64,000 nucleotides of DNA from an uncultured Acidobacteriaceae bacterium (lineage in GTDB: Bacteria; Acidobacteriota; Terriglobia; Terriglobales; Acidobacteriaceae). A program made the translations under genes and the position numbers. The notes under the pieces were generated by a model, which had not been told where the DNA came from, did not search any database, and saw only the letters and a list, made by a program, of their open reading frames with translations. The DNA lies in contig CAVRYC010000006.1 of assembly GCA_963725245.1 (NCBI GenBank), positions 3,347 through 67,346 of the forward strand. Direction: 5' to 3'. How positions within the stretch are numbered: the first letter of the stretch is position 1; each line of letters starts with the position of its first letter. Shown in pieces: positions 11,308 to 22,365 of this stretch.

Positions 11308-12221
11308 CTACTTCTGGCTCGCCTGGAAATCCACAATCTTCTTTAACAGATCAACGGGCGCACCGCCGGGTACGTTCCGTCCATTGATGAACAGAGTCGG
11401 CGTGGCACTGACGCCCACCGACTTGCCCAGTGCAATAGAGGCTTCGATTCGGGCTTTAGTATCCGGCTTGGCGGCGCAGGCGGCGATTTCGTCGGCACTC
11501 ACGCCCGATGCGGTTGCGATGGCCTTCAGCTTTTCGTCGGCATTGGCCTGGGTGATATTGGCCTGCTCGTCAAACGTCTTCTGGATAAATTTCCAGACTG
11601 CATCATTCGAAGGCTGCCCGGCGCAGCGCGCCCAACGCATTCGATATAGCCGGCGGCTTTCTCTGCCCAGTCGTGCGCAGGCAGCGGAAAATTCTGGAAA
11701 ACAAAGTGGGCCTCGGGCTCCTGCGCCAGCAGTTGCTCAATCCCGGGCGCGGCCTTCGCACAGTGCGGGCACTGCATATCGCTGAACTCGACAATCGTCA
11801 CCGCAGCCTTCGCCGGTCCTTTGGCGGGGCCGCTCACGCCTTTTTCCAGCTTGGCGCGGGATCGTCAAAAGGCTTCGCACCAAAGGGCAGAATGTCGCCC
11901 GAAATTGCATGCTTGCCATCACCACTGACCAGCAACCGATTCTGGTTCGAGCCCTGTGAGTTCGTAATGACTATTGAAACCTCCGCCAGTCCCGGCACTT
12001 CGGAGGGACGAATATCAGTCACCTTCCACGTCACCGTGGGATCGTAGCCAAACATTGGAACAGGAACGAGTCAACCGCGTCTTCGGTGGGCAGAGCCGTC
12101 GGGCTTCCGCCGCGGGTGAAGGGGCCGCTGCTTTGGCCGCCGACTTTGCCGGGGGAGCCGATTGAGCTTGAGCGATAGCGATGCCGGACAACAGAAGACC
12201 AGCGAGCAGTGTGCGTTGCAT
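11308..12221 (-). CDS. DsbA/thioredoxin-fold thiol:disulfide oxidoreductase, secreted, about 3 apparent frameshifts
   Basis: Signal peptide MQRTLLAGLLLSGIAIAQAQ. Active site VEFSDMQCPHCAK. C-terminus VSATPTLFINGRNV. Pieces in ORFs 12015-, 11834-, 11526- and 11308-. Confidence 0.75.
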
Positions 12222-12392
12222 GATTGTCATAGGTTTTGAGTTCGTTTGGAATTCGATTGTTACAAAAAGCGGCGCCGTTGTCATTTCCGAAGCTTCGCCA
12301 GTGGAGAGTCGGGCGACCTGCCCGGCCGCCGAACTGCTGGACCGGCGAGAAGCCCGCCCCTCCATCGAATATTTCATCAGGCGGTCACGGTG

Positions 12393-14036
12393 CTAGAGCT
12401 CCGACTTGGCCGCGATCGGGAATCTCCGCCCATAGCCGAACGCCTTGGCGGAGATCTTGATGCCGGGCGCCGCTTGTTGCCGCTTGTATTCGCTACGCTC
12501 AATCATGCGGATGACTCGCCGCACCAGATCCAGATCGAAATTGCGATTGCGAGCAATCTGTTCGGCCGAGCACAACTCCTCCACGAAGTCCTCGAGAATC
12601 GCATCGAGCACATCGTAGGGTGGCAGTGAATCTGAATCTCTCTGATCCGGACGCAATTCGGCCGACGGCGGCTTCTCGATGGTCGCTTCCGGAATCACTC
12701 TGCGCCGCGAGTTCACATAAGCGCTCAGGCGGTACACCAACGTCTTCGGTACATCCGAGATCACGGCCAACCCACCCACCATATCGCCGTAGAGAGTGCA
12801 ATAGCCGACGGCCAATTCGCTTTTGTTGCCGGTCGAAAGCACTAGCGCGCCAAACTTGTTCGACATGGACATCAGCAGCAATCCGCGGGCGCGGGACTGA
12901 ATGTTTTCTTCGGTGACGTCCTGCGGCAGCCCGGCAAACACCGGCGCAAGCGTCTGGCGCACGGCTTCGTAGATCTCCTCGATCGAGAGCAGTTCGAAGC
13001 GAATCTTGAGGTTGCCGGCGAGTTCGCGCGCATCGTCAATGGATCCTCGCGAGGAGTACGGTCCGGGCATGCCGACTCCGATAACGTTCTCGGGGCCGAG
13101 CGCATCGGCCGCAATCGACGCGGTGAGCGCGGAATCGATGCCTCCGCTGAGTCCGATGATCGCCCGCTCGAAGCCGCATTTGTGAACATAATCTCGCGTG
13201 CCCAGAACCAGCGCTTCATACGCGCTGGCTTCTTCACCCACAATCTGTGCGGTGCATGTCTCCGCGTCAGCTTCTGGGAGTCGAAATAGATCAGGTCTTC
13301 CTCGAACGACTTCCCTTGCGCGATTACCTGTCCCGTCGGGCGCAATCACCAGGCTCGATCCGTCGAAGACCAGGCTGTCGTTGCCCCCGACCTGATTGAC
13401 CATCGCGACCGGAACTTTCTGATTCCGCGCGATGGCCGTCAGCATGTCGCGGCGCAGTTCGCGCTTGCCCAGCCAAAACGGCGATGCGGATATGTTGAGC
13501 ACGAAGTTGCCGCCGGCGCGGACCAATTCTTCCACCGGGTCGACGCCATAAAGCCGCCGGTTCCAAAAGCGCTTGTCGTTCCAGGCATCCTCACAGATGG
13601 TCAAAGCCATCTGCTTGCCGCAAAAGCTGAAGAGTTGCTGGCTCTTGGCGGGAGCGAAGTTGCGCATCTCGTCGAAAACGTCATAGGTGGGCAGCAGCAT
13701 CTTCGACTGGATGAAGTCGATGCGCCCTTCGCGCAGCAGGGCGGCGGAGTTCATCACTTTCTTGCCGGAGTCCGCATCGGCCGGGGTTACCGTCCCGCAG
13801 ATCACGGCAATGCCCTGCGTTTCGGCGGCGATCCTCTCGACGGTCGCGCGACAGCGCGCCACAAACGACGGCCTCTCGACCAGATCGCGCGGCGGATAGC
13901 CGCAGACGGAGAGTTCCGGAAACAGAATCAGGCCGGCGCCAGCGCTCCGCGCCTGCAGCGCAAACTGGATGATCTTGGCAGCGTTGCCAGAGAAGTCCCC
14001 CACGGTGGGGTTGATCTGGCCCAGGGCAATCTTCAC
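12393..14036 (-). CDS. nadE: glutamine-dependent NAD+ synthetase
   Basis: CN-hydrolase half (VKIALGQINPTVGDF, LILFPELSVCGYPP, ALTICEDAW) plus synthetase half (GLSGGIDSAL, LSTGNKSELAVGY). GTG at 14036 is preferred over the track start at 14126. Two compensating frame shifts near 13265-13335. Confidence 0.9.
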   Translation of the reverse strand: MKIALGQINPTVGDFSGNAAKIIQFALQARSAGAGLILFPELSVCGYPPRDLVERPSFVARCRATVERIAAETQGIAVICGTVTPADADSGKKVMNSAALLREGRIDFIQSKMLLPTYDVFDEMRNFAPAKSQQLFSFCGKQMALTICEDAWNDKRFWNRRLYGVDPVEELVRAGGNFVLNISASPFWLGKRELRRDMLTAIARNQKVPVAMVNQVGGNDSLVFDGSSLVIAPDGTGNRAREVVRGRPDLFRLPEADAETCTAQIVGEEASAYEALVLGTRDYVHKCGFERAIIGLSGGIDSALTASIAADALGPENVIGVGMPGPYSSRGSIDDARELAGNLKIRFELLSIEEIYEAVRQTLAPVFAGLPQDVTEENIQSRARGLLLMSMSNKFGALVLSTGNKSELAVGYCTLYGDMVGGLAVISDVPKTLVYRLSAYVNSRRRVIPEATIEKPPSAELRPDQRDSDSLPPYDVLDAILEDFVEELCSAEQIARNRNFDLDLVRRVIRMIERSEYKRQQAAPGIKISAKAFGYGRRFPIAAKSEL

Positions 14037-14045
14037 GCTCTTAGT

Positions 14046-14090
14046 GTAAAAGGTCGAGGCGTAGAAGGTCGAGGCGTACCAGAAGCCTGA
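14046..14090. repeat. 3 x 15-bp tandem repeat just upstream of nadE
   Basis: gtaaaaggtcgaggc gtagaaggtcgaggc gtaccagaagcctga. Confidence 0.7.
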
Positions 14091-14186
14091 AGCGCTCAGT
14101 GAAGGTATCCTACCGTCGTGAGTCATGAGTCTTCAGACCTGCGACCCTCCAGCCTCTGAATCGCAATGCTTCAATGCCTCCATCGC

Positions 14187-15172
14187 TCAATGTATGTTAG
14201 CCCAGTTGGGACCTGGGTCCTGGACCCGACCGGCGGCGGCGCGGCGGTCGCCACCGGCGGCGGGGTGCGACGGGTTTGCGGGATTGGACTCCGGCATCTC
14301 TTCTCCGGGACGCCTCAACGTGGGCGCGTTCGCCGGGCGTTCTTCCTGTTTCTTGGCAACGGTTGGTGCACCGAGATCGACTTCCTTTTCGACGCGCACG
14401 ATTTTCTGGCCATCCACCTTCATGGTCTCGACGCGCACCACTTCGTCGCCAACAAAGCGCACAAAATCCACGTCCTGCGGGGGCGTGCCGTAGATCCATT
14501 CTTCGTACTCAACTCCGTCCTCAACTCGTCGGCACGCTCGCGCACTTTCTTTGGCGGACGTCCCTTGGCATAGATCACCATGTCGTGGTTCATTCCCACC
14601 AGCACGTGGTGATTCTTGATCGCCTCTTTGACTTGCGGAGAAACCGTTTCCAGATAGGCCTCGAGCGGCGGACTTGGCATCGAAATCAAACACCGGACGC
14701 AGCAACTCCTTCAGCTCTGGCCCGGTCATCTCCGGAACATACTTGTCGAAGTAGAGATCCACGAAAGAGCCGCGGGCGTTGGCGGAGGGATCGCGAGGGC
14801 GCAATCGGCTCGCACTCCATTCGCACCTGCAATCTCGATGTGCTGGTACCACTTCTGTTTCTTGATGGGACCGCCGTTGATCTCAAAGCGGATGTGGTCG
14901 TCTTTGATGACGATGTCGCTGATGCGGGCCCGGTCGCCCGGCTTCGCGGCCGGTCCCCAGAGCGCCATCAAATGTTGCAGTTCCGGGCCGCTGGGGGTTA
15001 CGGTTCCGTTCTTGAGTTTCAGTCCGGTCTTCCCCATCGGAAAACTCGTGCGGATGTAAACCAGTTCTTCATTGAAAGCGTGGATGATTTCTTGGCGGGT
15101 TTCCTTGGAAATCCTTGGGGGCGGAGTATTCCCGGCGAGCGCCAGCGAGGAGAAGACTAGAAGGATCGCCAA
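14187..15172 (-). CDS. secreted hypothetical protein, 3-4 apparent frameshifts
   Basis: Signal-like N-terminus MAILLVFSSLALAG. Sensible reading continues through ORFs 14726-15172, 14420-14689 and 14187-14852, e.g. VLVGMNHDMVIYAKGRPPKKV and EWIYGTPPQDVDFVRFVGDEVVRVE. No family recognised with confidence. Confidence 0.5.
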
Positions 15173-15257
15173 GAGCCGACAACAAACGAGTCAACTTGGA
15201 AGGACCGCATGCAGCACCCCGGGCCCACTGGCTTAATTATAAACCGCTGCAAAAGCA

Positions 15258-15328
15258 GTTCTCAGTTCTCAGCCCGAGAAGCCGCCGGGCTTAGATGCTG
15301 AGAACTGAGAACCGAGAACTGAGAACTC
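15258..15328. repeat. inverted array of GTTCTCA / TGAGAAC heptamers
   Basis: gttctca gttctca gcccgagaagccgccgggcttagatgc tgagaac tgagaac cgagaac tgagaac. Confidence 0.9.
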
Positions 15329-15412
15329 CGCATCGGTCACCGGCGCTGAGGTACTTCGGTAACGGTGAGCTGTACTTTAAGCACCTGAGGTCAGCACTCA
15401 AAGCAACTTAGA

Positions 15413-17310
15413 ATGGATGCAGAACGGACCAGCCCATCCCCGCGCTTGGGCCGACAGGATTGCCTTTTGCCTTTGAAGCTTCCCATTCCCGCGCGCATTC
15501 CGCTCCTGTACGTCATCCTAGGCGTGCTGCTGGCGATCAGTGTCCTGCCCATGTACTTCTACTCGGCGCAGATCGAGACCATGAACCGGGAGCGCCTCAA
15601 AACCAACGAAATGCTGCTGCAAAATACGGTCACGCGTTCGCTGGCCGACGACATCTCCCAGCACCAGGAAGCGCTGCGCATGATGCTGGCCAATTTGTCG
15701 TCGTCGATTCAGGTAATGATGCTGGCCAATCCCAGCGGGAACGACCTTAGCGCGCAGAAACTTCTGACGCCCGAGCTGCGGGCGATGCTGGAGAATTTTG
15801 TTTCGTCGTCGAACGACATTGCTTATGCCACGCTGCTGAATGCCGATGCCAAAGGAGTTTCCGCCGGGCGTATCGAGCCCGACGCCTTTCTGCAGCGGGA
15901 ACTGGAGCGCGCCTATCAAGCCGCCCGCGAAGGCCGCGTCTATAGCGGCCAGCCGTTGATGGTGGGCAGCGGAAAATCGGCGCGCACGGTCATGTTGGTC
16001 AGTTCGCCGATCATGTATGGCGGACGCTTCCTGGGGATGATCGGGTCGGTGGTGGATATGGACTACCTGATCCGCCGGCTGCAGCAAGTCAGCCTGAGCG
16101 GATTGATGCCCTACGTCGTGGACAGCCAGGGCAGGCTGGTGGCGGCCGCGACGGCGCAATATGCCACCGGGCAGGACATGAGCCACTTCGAGATCGTCCG
16201 CAGCTTTGTGGGCGAAGGCTCGAAAGCCCAGTTGGCGGCGACCCGCGAGTTCACGATTCGCGACGGCAAAGACACGACCGAAATGCTGGGAACGTACAGT
16301 CCGGTGACTTCGCTCGATTGGGCGGTAGTGGTGCAGAAGCCGCGCGAAGATGCCTATCGCGGAATCTACGAGATGCAGCGCACCGGACGCTTGCTGGCAT
16401 GGCTGGCGGTGTTTGTGAGTGTGGGTCTGAGCATTTTTTCGGCGCGGCGCATCACCAGCCCGCTGCAAGTGCTGGCGCAGTCCAGCCGGGCCATTGCGCG
16501 CGGCGATTTTTCCCAGCGCGTGCACCTGAAAACGCGCACCGAGATCGGCGAACTGGCGACCACTTTCAACACCATGTCGGACGAACTGGAACAGTTCGTT
16601 GAAGACCTGAAGCGCGCCGCCGAAGAAAACAAAGACGCTGTTCATGGGGTCGATCCAGATGCTGGCCGGCGCGGTCGACGAAAAGGATCCTTACACGCGC
16701 GGCCATTCCGACCGGGTCACGAAATATTCGCATGATGATCGCGACAGAGATGGGCCTGGATCCGGGATTTCTGGAGATCCTGCGCGTCTCGGCGCAACTG
16801 CACGATGTCGGCAAAATCGGCATCGAAGACCGCATCCTGAAAAAACCGGGCGCTCTGACTCCGGAAGAATTCGAGATCATGAAGACGCACACCACCAAGG
16901 GCGCGAACATTCTGCGTCCGGTGCCGCAGTTGCGCGAGATGCTGCCCGGAATCGAACTGCATCATGAGGCGCTCAACGGCCGCGGATATCCTTATGGTCT
17001 AAAAGGCGACGAGATCCCGCTGCTGGCGCGCGTGATCGCGGTCGCAGACACCTTTGACGCTCTGACCACGAACCGTCCTTACCAGAAGGCGCACGATCCG
17101 GTGGATGCCCTGCGCATCATTCAAAATCTTTCGGGACAGCGCCTTGACCCCAAGGCGGTGACCGCGCTCATGGCGGTGTTTTACCGCGGAGAAATTCGCA
17201 TTCAGAAATCACTGACGCAAACGATCACCGCTGGAATCGACGCGCGCATCGCGTTCCGGCGCCCCGTCGCACCTGTCGATCCTCTCACCGTCGAAACCAC
17301 CCGCACCTAA
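15413..17310 (+). CDS. membrane sensor protein with extracytoplasmic domain, HAMP and HD-GYP (c-di-GMP phosphodiesterase-type) domains, 2 apparent frameshifts
   Basis: HAMP: ITSPLQVLAQSSRAIARGDFSQRV..IGELATTFNTMSDEL. HD-GYP: DPYTRGHSDRV, LHDVGKIGI, HHEALNGRGYPYGL, DTFDALTTNRPY. Frame breaks near 16640 and 16725. Confidence 0.8.
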
Positions 17311-17313
17311 AAA

Positions 17314-17405
17314 CATTTGGTAATTTGGTATTCGTAATTTTGTAATTTGAACCAATCACTTGGGTTTCAAATTACCAAATCACAAATTACACAATTACCA
17401 ATTCC
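17314..17405. repeat. AT-rich inverted heptamer array, second copy of the 447-568 family
   Basis: catttggtaatttggtattcgtaattttgtaatttgaa .. ttcaaattaccaaatcacaaattacacaattaccaattcc. Confidence 0.85.
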
Positions 17406-17442
17406 CTCCTCGCTCGATTCTCCTATAATCGTTGGACACCTC

Positions 17443-18400
17443 ATGATTCAAACTCTTTTTGGCAGTCTGGACGAAGAAAAGAAACCAAGTTTTATTGAGC
17501 GCATGAAGGAGGCCGTCTCGCGCACGCGCGAGAACCTGGCCGAGCGCATCGAAGATGTCGTCTCCATCGGCAAGGAGATCGACCGCTCCACGCTGGACGA
17601 TCTGGAAGCCACGCTGATTGGCGCCGACCTCGGCACCACCACCACCCATGAGGTTCTGGAGAAGCTGCGCGACAAAGCCGATCGCAAGCAGATCAAGGAT
17701 GTGAATGAACTGAAACGGCTGCTGAAAGAAGAACTGCTGGCGATTCTGACCTCGACCGGTGCGCAGCCCGTCACCAAGGTGGACGGCACGCCGGAAGTGA
17801 TCATAGTGGTGGGCGTAAACGGCACCGGCAAGACGACCACCATCGGAAAATTGGCGCAGGTATTTCGCGCGCAAGGCAAAGACGGTGCTGCTGTGCGCGG
17901 CGGATACGTTCCGCGCCGCGGCGATCGAGCAACTCGAAATTTGGGGACAGCGCACGGGAACGGAAGTGATCAAGACGAAAGCCGGGGGCGATCCATCCGC
18001 TGTGTTGTTCGACGCGCTGCAATCGGCAACGGCGCGCAAAACCGATTACGTGATCGTCGATACTGCCGGCCGTCTGCATACCAAGCAAAACCTGATGCTC
18101 GAACTCGAAAAGATGAAGCGCACCGCACAACGCATCGTGCCCGGCGCGCCGCACGAGACTTTGCTGGTGATGGATGCCACCACCGGCCAGAATGGATTGC
18201 AACAGGCGCGGCAGTTCACGCAATCGTCCGGAGTCACGGGAATCGTGCTGACCAAGCTCGATGGCACGGCCAAAGGCGGCGTCGTGGTGGCAATTTCGCG
18301 CGAGTTGGGGCTGCCGGTGCGGTATGTAGGCGTCGGGGAAAAGGCGGGCGATCTGCTGCCGTTTGACGCGAAGGAGTTTGTGGAGTCGCTGTTTGCGTAA
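17443..18400 (+). CDS. ftsY: signal recognition particle receptor FtsY, 1 apparent frameshift near 17888
   Basis: [53 protein letters not shown] at 17443, in the frame of ORF 17347-. Confidence 0.9.
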
Positions 18401-18669
18401 CAGCGGCAGACGGGGCAGTGCGGAAGTATCAGGGCACGTCTTCAGCTGGCCGTACCTCGTAGATGAATCCGCTTCGGGCGAACTGTCGACCCGAGGCCCT
18501 GAGCAGCGAAGATCCTTGGCTGGAGTGCATCGCCAACATACGTGGTCCGGAAAAGATACAGGCGCAACTAAAATTGTGCCGACCCGACGAGGAGGACGAA
18601 GACCCCTACCCCTCGCACTGTAATTGCTTTTCTCCGCGTCTCTGAGCTCCGTGGAGAACTGGTGCGAGA

Positions 18670-19832
18670 ATGACCATCGACGAACAACACATGCGAAGGG
18701 CGCTCGACTTGGCGCGAGCCGGCGTCGGCCTGGTGTCGCCGAATCCGGCGGTGGGCGCGGTTGTGGTGGACGCGTCGGGCCGCGAAGTTGGAGCGGGCAC
18801 GCACACCTATGACGGCGTAAAGCACGCCGAAGTTCTCGCCCTGGAGCAAGCGGGCAATGCGGCACGAGGCGGAACTCTCTACCTGAATCTGGAGCCATGC
18901 TCGCATCAGGGCCGAACCGGGCCGTGTGCCGATGCCGTGATCGCGGCCGGAATCCGCCGCGTGATCTGCTCCATGGAAGATCCGAATCCGCGTGTGGCGG
19001 GTCAAGGATTTGCCAAGCTCCGCGCGTCAGGAATCAAAGTAGAGGTCGGCTTATTCCAGGCGGAAGCCAAGAAGCTGAATGAAAGTTTTGCCAAGTACAT
19101 CCGGCTGCGGCAAACCGCTGGTCACACTGAAATCGGCCATGACCCTCGACGGGAAAATCGCCGACGCCACCAAACCGGGCGCGGAACACAGTCGGAGCCG
19201 CTCGGCCACGCCTGCGACCGAAGGCGCGCGCAGCGGATACCACTGGATCACAGGCGAAGTGGCGCGCGCGCACGTGCAGCAACTGCGCCATCAGAGTGAC
19301 GCGATCCTGGCTGGAGTAGGGACGGTAATGGCGGACGATCCGCTGCTCACCGACCGAAGCGGCCTGCCGCGGCGGCGCAAACTGCTGCGCGTGATCCTGG
19401 ATTCCTACTTGCGCATCCCACCTGCGTCGCGAGTGATCCAGACCGCGGAGCACGATGTTCTGGTGCTGTGTTCCAATGCGGAGGAACAGACGAAGCAGGC
19501 GCTCGAAGCGAAAGGGATTCGCGTACAACAAATATCGGGCCAACGCCGACGGACGGCCAGACTTCGCAGCGATTGTCCGGAGCCTGGGAGAGTTGGAGAT
19601 CACCAGCCTGCTTATCGAAGGCGGAGCGCTGGTAAACGGCGCGGCCCTGGCGTCGGGCGAGGTGGACAAGGTGTTTCTCTACTACGCGCCGAAGATTTTT
19701 GGCGAGGGCGCAGTTCCCTTCATCGCCGGTGAAGATTTGCACGGGCGGGCACAGTGCGTGCAGCGGTTCGAGTTGCATCGCTTCGGCGAAGACTTCGCGG
19801 TCGAAGGCTATTTGCGCGACCCGTACGCGTGA
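18670..19832 (+). CDS. ribD: bifunctional riboflavin biosynthesis deaminase/reductase RibD, 2 apparent frameshifts
   Basis: Deaminase HAEVLAL, LEPCSHQGRTGPC. Reductase LKSAMTLDGKIA, ITSLLIEGGALVNGA. Pieces in ORFs 18670-, 19079- and 19455-19832. Confidence 0.9.
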
Positions 19833-19844
19833 GGCATTGATCAT

Positions 19845-19929
19845 AGTTGTCATCCTGAGCGAAGCGAAGGACCTGCATTTGTTTGCAGCGACGGAATGCA
19901 GGTCCTTCGCTTCGCTCAGGATGACAATT
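19845..19929. repeat. near-perfect palindromic copy of the GTCATCCTGAGCGAAGCGAAGGACC family
   Basis: gttgtcatcctgagcgaagcgaaggacctgcat .. atgcaggtccttcgcttcgctcaggatgacaattg. Confidence 0.9.
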
Positions 19930-19964
19930 GAATTGCTGACAACTTGGATGGAGGTATAGCTCTT

Positions 19965-20623
19965 ATGTTTACCGGAATTGTCGAAGAAGTGGGCAAGGTA
20001 GTAAAGATCGAGCAACCCGGTGAGAACCGCCGCATCACCGTCGAGGCGGCGAACACCCCGAAAGAACTGGGAACTGGCCACAGCGTCTCCGTAAGCGGCG
20101 TTTGCCTGACGGCGCTGGATATCAAAACAAAATCATTCTGCGCCGACTTGGCGCCGGAAACCTGGATACGAACTTCATTCTCACGCATGCACGAGGGCGC
20201 GCTCGTCAACCTGGAGCTGCCGATGAAGGCGGATGGACGCTTCGATGGCCACATCGTTCAGGGCCACGTGGATGGCGTGGGCAAACTGATCGAGTTCGAG
20301 CGAATCGTCGACTCGGAGGCCGGGATTCCGAGAACTGGTGGCTGCACATTGAAATCCCGTCGGAGATCGAGAAGTACACGGTGTTCAAGGGATCGATCTC
20401 GATCGAGGGCATCAGCCTTACGGTCGCCAAGCTCGAAGGCAATCGCTGCACGATCGCCATCATTCCCCATACCGTCGAAATGACCAATCTCGGATCGCTG
20501 AAGCCGGGAGACCCTGTGAACCTGGAAGCCGACGTGATCGCGAAGTATGTCGAGAAGATGATGAAAGGCGAGCCCGCGCAGAGTTCGATCACCGTGGAGG
20601 AATTGGTGCGGCAAGGATTTTAG
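19965..20623 (+). CDS. ribE: riboflavin synthase alpha chain, 1 apparent frameshift near 20320
   Basis: MFTGIVEEVG, GHSVSVSGVCLT, GHIVQGHVDG, KGSISIEGISLTV, IIPHTVEMTNL. Confidence 0.9.
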
Positions 20624-20625
20624 AG

Positions 20626-20714
20626 CAGTTGTCGGTGTCAGTGGTCAGTTGTCAGCGAATGCCATCGTGTTGTCGCCGTTCGCTGACCACTGATCACTGA
20701 GAACTGGCCACTTG
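20626..20714. repeat. inverted array of CAGTGGT/CAGTTGT heptamers between convergent genes
   Basis: cagttgtcggtgtcagtggtcagttgtcagcgaa .. ttcgctgaccactgatcactgagaactggccactt. Confidence 0.8.
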
Positions 20715-20717
20715 CTT

Positions 20718-21497
20718 CTACGCTTCCAGCTTCAACTCATCCAGTTCCAGGAACTCCTGAATGATGGGCTCGGTGGATTTCTCCATGTCCTTGTAGGGCC
20801 CAAAGAAAATCGCGCGGCCTTCGTAGAGGAAGACGACACGGTCGGCCAGTTTCTTGGCCAGGCGCATGTCGTGCGTAACCACGACCGAGGTCAGGTGCAG
20901 TTGCAGTTTCAGCCGGGCGATGAGATCGCCGAGCAGATTCCCCATCATCGGATCGACCATGGTGGTGGGCTCGTCGTAGAGCACGCACTCGGGTTGGGCG
21001 GCGAGCGCTCGCGCGATGGCGACGGAACGTTTCATCCCGGTAGAAAGGTCGGAAGGCAACAAGTCGCGCATCTCCTTGACTCCGACCATTTCGAGGAGGC
21101 CATCGACGACCTGGTAAATCTGGTCTTCTGAAAGCTCTCTTTTTTCGCGCAAGGGGAAGGCAACGTTTTCGCCGACCGTTAAGGAATCGAAGAGGGCGCC
21201 GTTCTGGAATACCATGGTGACTTTCTTGCGGATTCCTTCGAGTTGTTCCTCGTTGTAGCCGGTGATGTCCTGGCCAGCGACAATGACGCGGCCTGAATCC
21301 GGCTTCAGGAAGCCCATGATGTTGTGGAGCGCCACCGATTTTCCGACGCCGCTGCGCCCGAGAATGCAGACCATCTCCCCCGGCAACACGTCGAAGCTGA
21401 CGTCCTGGAGAACGACCCGATCTCCAAATGCTTTGGAGACGTCCTTAAACTCGATGTAGGGAGATAGTGTCTCCGCAGCAGCCATGGCTATCAGCAT
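20718..21497 (-). CDS. ABC transporter ATP-binding protein, MlaF-like
   Basis: Intact 259-aa ORF. Walker A GRSGVGKS, signature LSTGMKRSVAIARAL, Walker B VLYDEPT. No permease gene is adjacent in this window. Confidence 0.8.
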   Translation of the reverse strand: MLIAMAAAETLSPYIEFKDVSKAFGDRVVLQDVSFDVLPGEMVCILGRSGVGKSVALHNIMGFLKPDSGRVIVAGQDITGYNEEQLEGIRKKVTMVFQNGALFDSLTVGENVAFPLREKRELSEDQIYQVVDGLLEMVGVKEMRDLLPSDLSTGMKRSVAIARALAAQPECVLYDEPTTMVDPMMGNLLGDLIARLKLQLHLTSVVVTHDMRLAKKLADRVVFLYEGRAIFFGPYKDMEKSTEPIIQEFLELDELKLEA

Positions 21498-21806
21498 GGC
21501 ATGAGATGCCAGCGCGGCTCAAGGGCTGCGTATCTGCGGGTAGCGGGCCGGTTTCCGAGTAGCCAGCAAACCGCCGAGTGACGAGCCGATTCCGGAGTTG
21601 TGAGCGCTATGGCGATATCAAACCTGGGGGCCCTGTCCGCGGTGGAAACCGGCAGTTACTAGTAAGGTATTAAACAATTAGTACGGATACCCCCCTCCCC
21701 CCCGAGCTATTGGAATCATGGGGTTAGGTGGTTTTGACGGTCCAAATCTTTGGTTCTTAAGGTAGTTATATGTAAAATCTTGCCGGATAAGGACTTGCGA
21801 GCTCCG

Positions 21807-21918
21807 TTCGCTTCGCTCAGGATTTCGGCAGCGGGCTCCCGCTTCGCTCACGCCTCAAACTGCGAGATCCTTCGCTTCGCTCAGGATTTCGGCAGCGGGC
21901 TCCCGCTTCGCTCACGCC
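21807..21918. repeat. two direct copies (64-bp period) of ttcgcttcgctcaggatttcggcagcgggctcccgcttcgctcacgcc
   Basis: Copies at 21807-21854 and 21871-21918. Contains the reverse complement of the TCCTGAGCGAAGCGAA core. Confidence 0.85.
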
Positions 21919-22365
21919 CGCTAGACGCCTCAACTTAGTTCATCAATTGTCAAAGAGCGGTGAAGAAGGCAATGAGGCAGCGGGGAACGTCCGCTGTTCT
22001 TGAGCGGCATATTCCGTCACTGCCCCGATGCAAGTGCATATTCTCGCATCGGGCGGGATGGGTGTATGTGATGGTGCGCACTGGGCGATTGTGATGAAAA
22101 AAGGGTTGGAACCTCTCCACCCGTCCGCGGTGGAAACCCACTCATCGCAAAGTGCGCAATGAGTGGGGCACCCGGCCAGTTCATTGACTTACGCGGAAAA
22201 CTGTCAAAACAGGGGCCTGACAAGATTTGCCAGAATCGAGGAGCAGGTCTCGAAGCTTTGCTGGTGGGGTCGCCCGGCTTGGCCGACGCCAATGTGATCG
22301 ATGCGATTGGGTGGTTTTGAGCGCTATCGGGATTTTTCGCCAACTACAAGCTAGGGACCGCTGGT

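Noticed and set aside
18401-18669. Possible FMN riboswitch in the 270-bp leader upstream of ribD (contains GGGGCAG and GTGCCGAC-like strings).
   Set aside because: The conserved FMN-element cores (GGGTGAAATTCCC..ACCGGCGGT, AGCCCGCGAGC, GGATGGGAGAAG-type 3' part) are absent. Part of the region is instead a degenerate copy of the two-hairpin repeat (GTATCAGGGCACG.CTTCAG).
570-20623. Interpreting the frame breaks as programmed frameshifting, or as genuine genome decay in a reduced or symbiotic lineage.
   Set aside because: The breaks are too numerous, occur several times per gene, hit indispensable genes and include compensating pairs. No slippery heptamer / pseudoknot pattern recurs. Genuine decay cannot be excluded without reads, so the issue is reported as a finding rather than asserted.
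20718-21497. MlaF-like ATPase lacking adjacent MlaE/MlaD genes, as evidence of an operon broken by the neighbouring islet.
   Set aside because: ABC ATPase genes are often unlinked from their partners, and the family assignment itself is only motif-based. There is not enough evidence to claim a disruption.
21807-21918. CRISPR-like appearance of direct repeats here, and of the 15-bp arrays at 14046, 24440 and 25359.
   Set aside because: There are only 2-3 units, which are contiguous or separated by a single 16-bp linker. There are no unique spacers of uniform length and no cas genes in the window.
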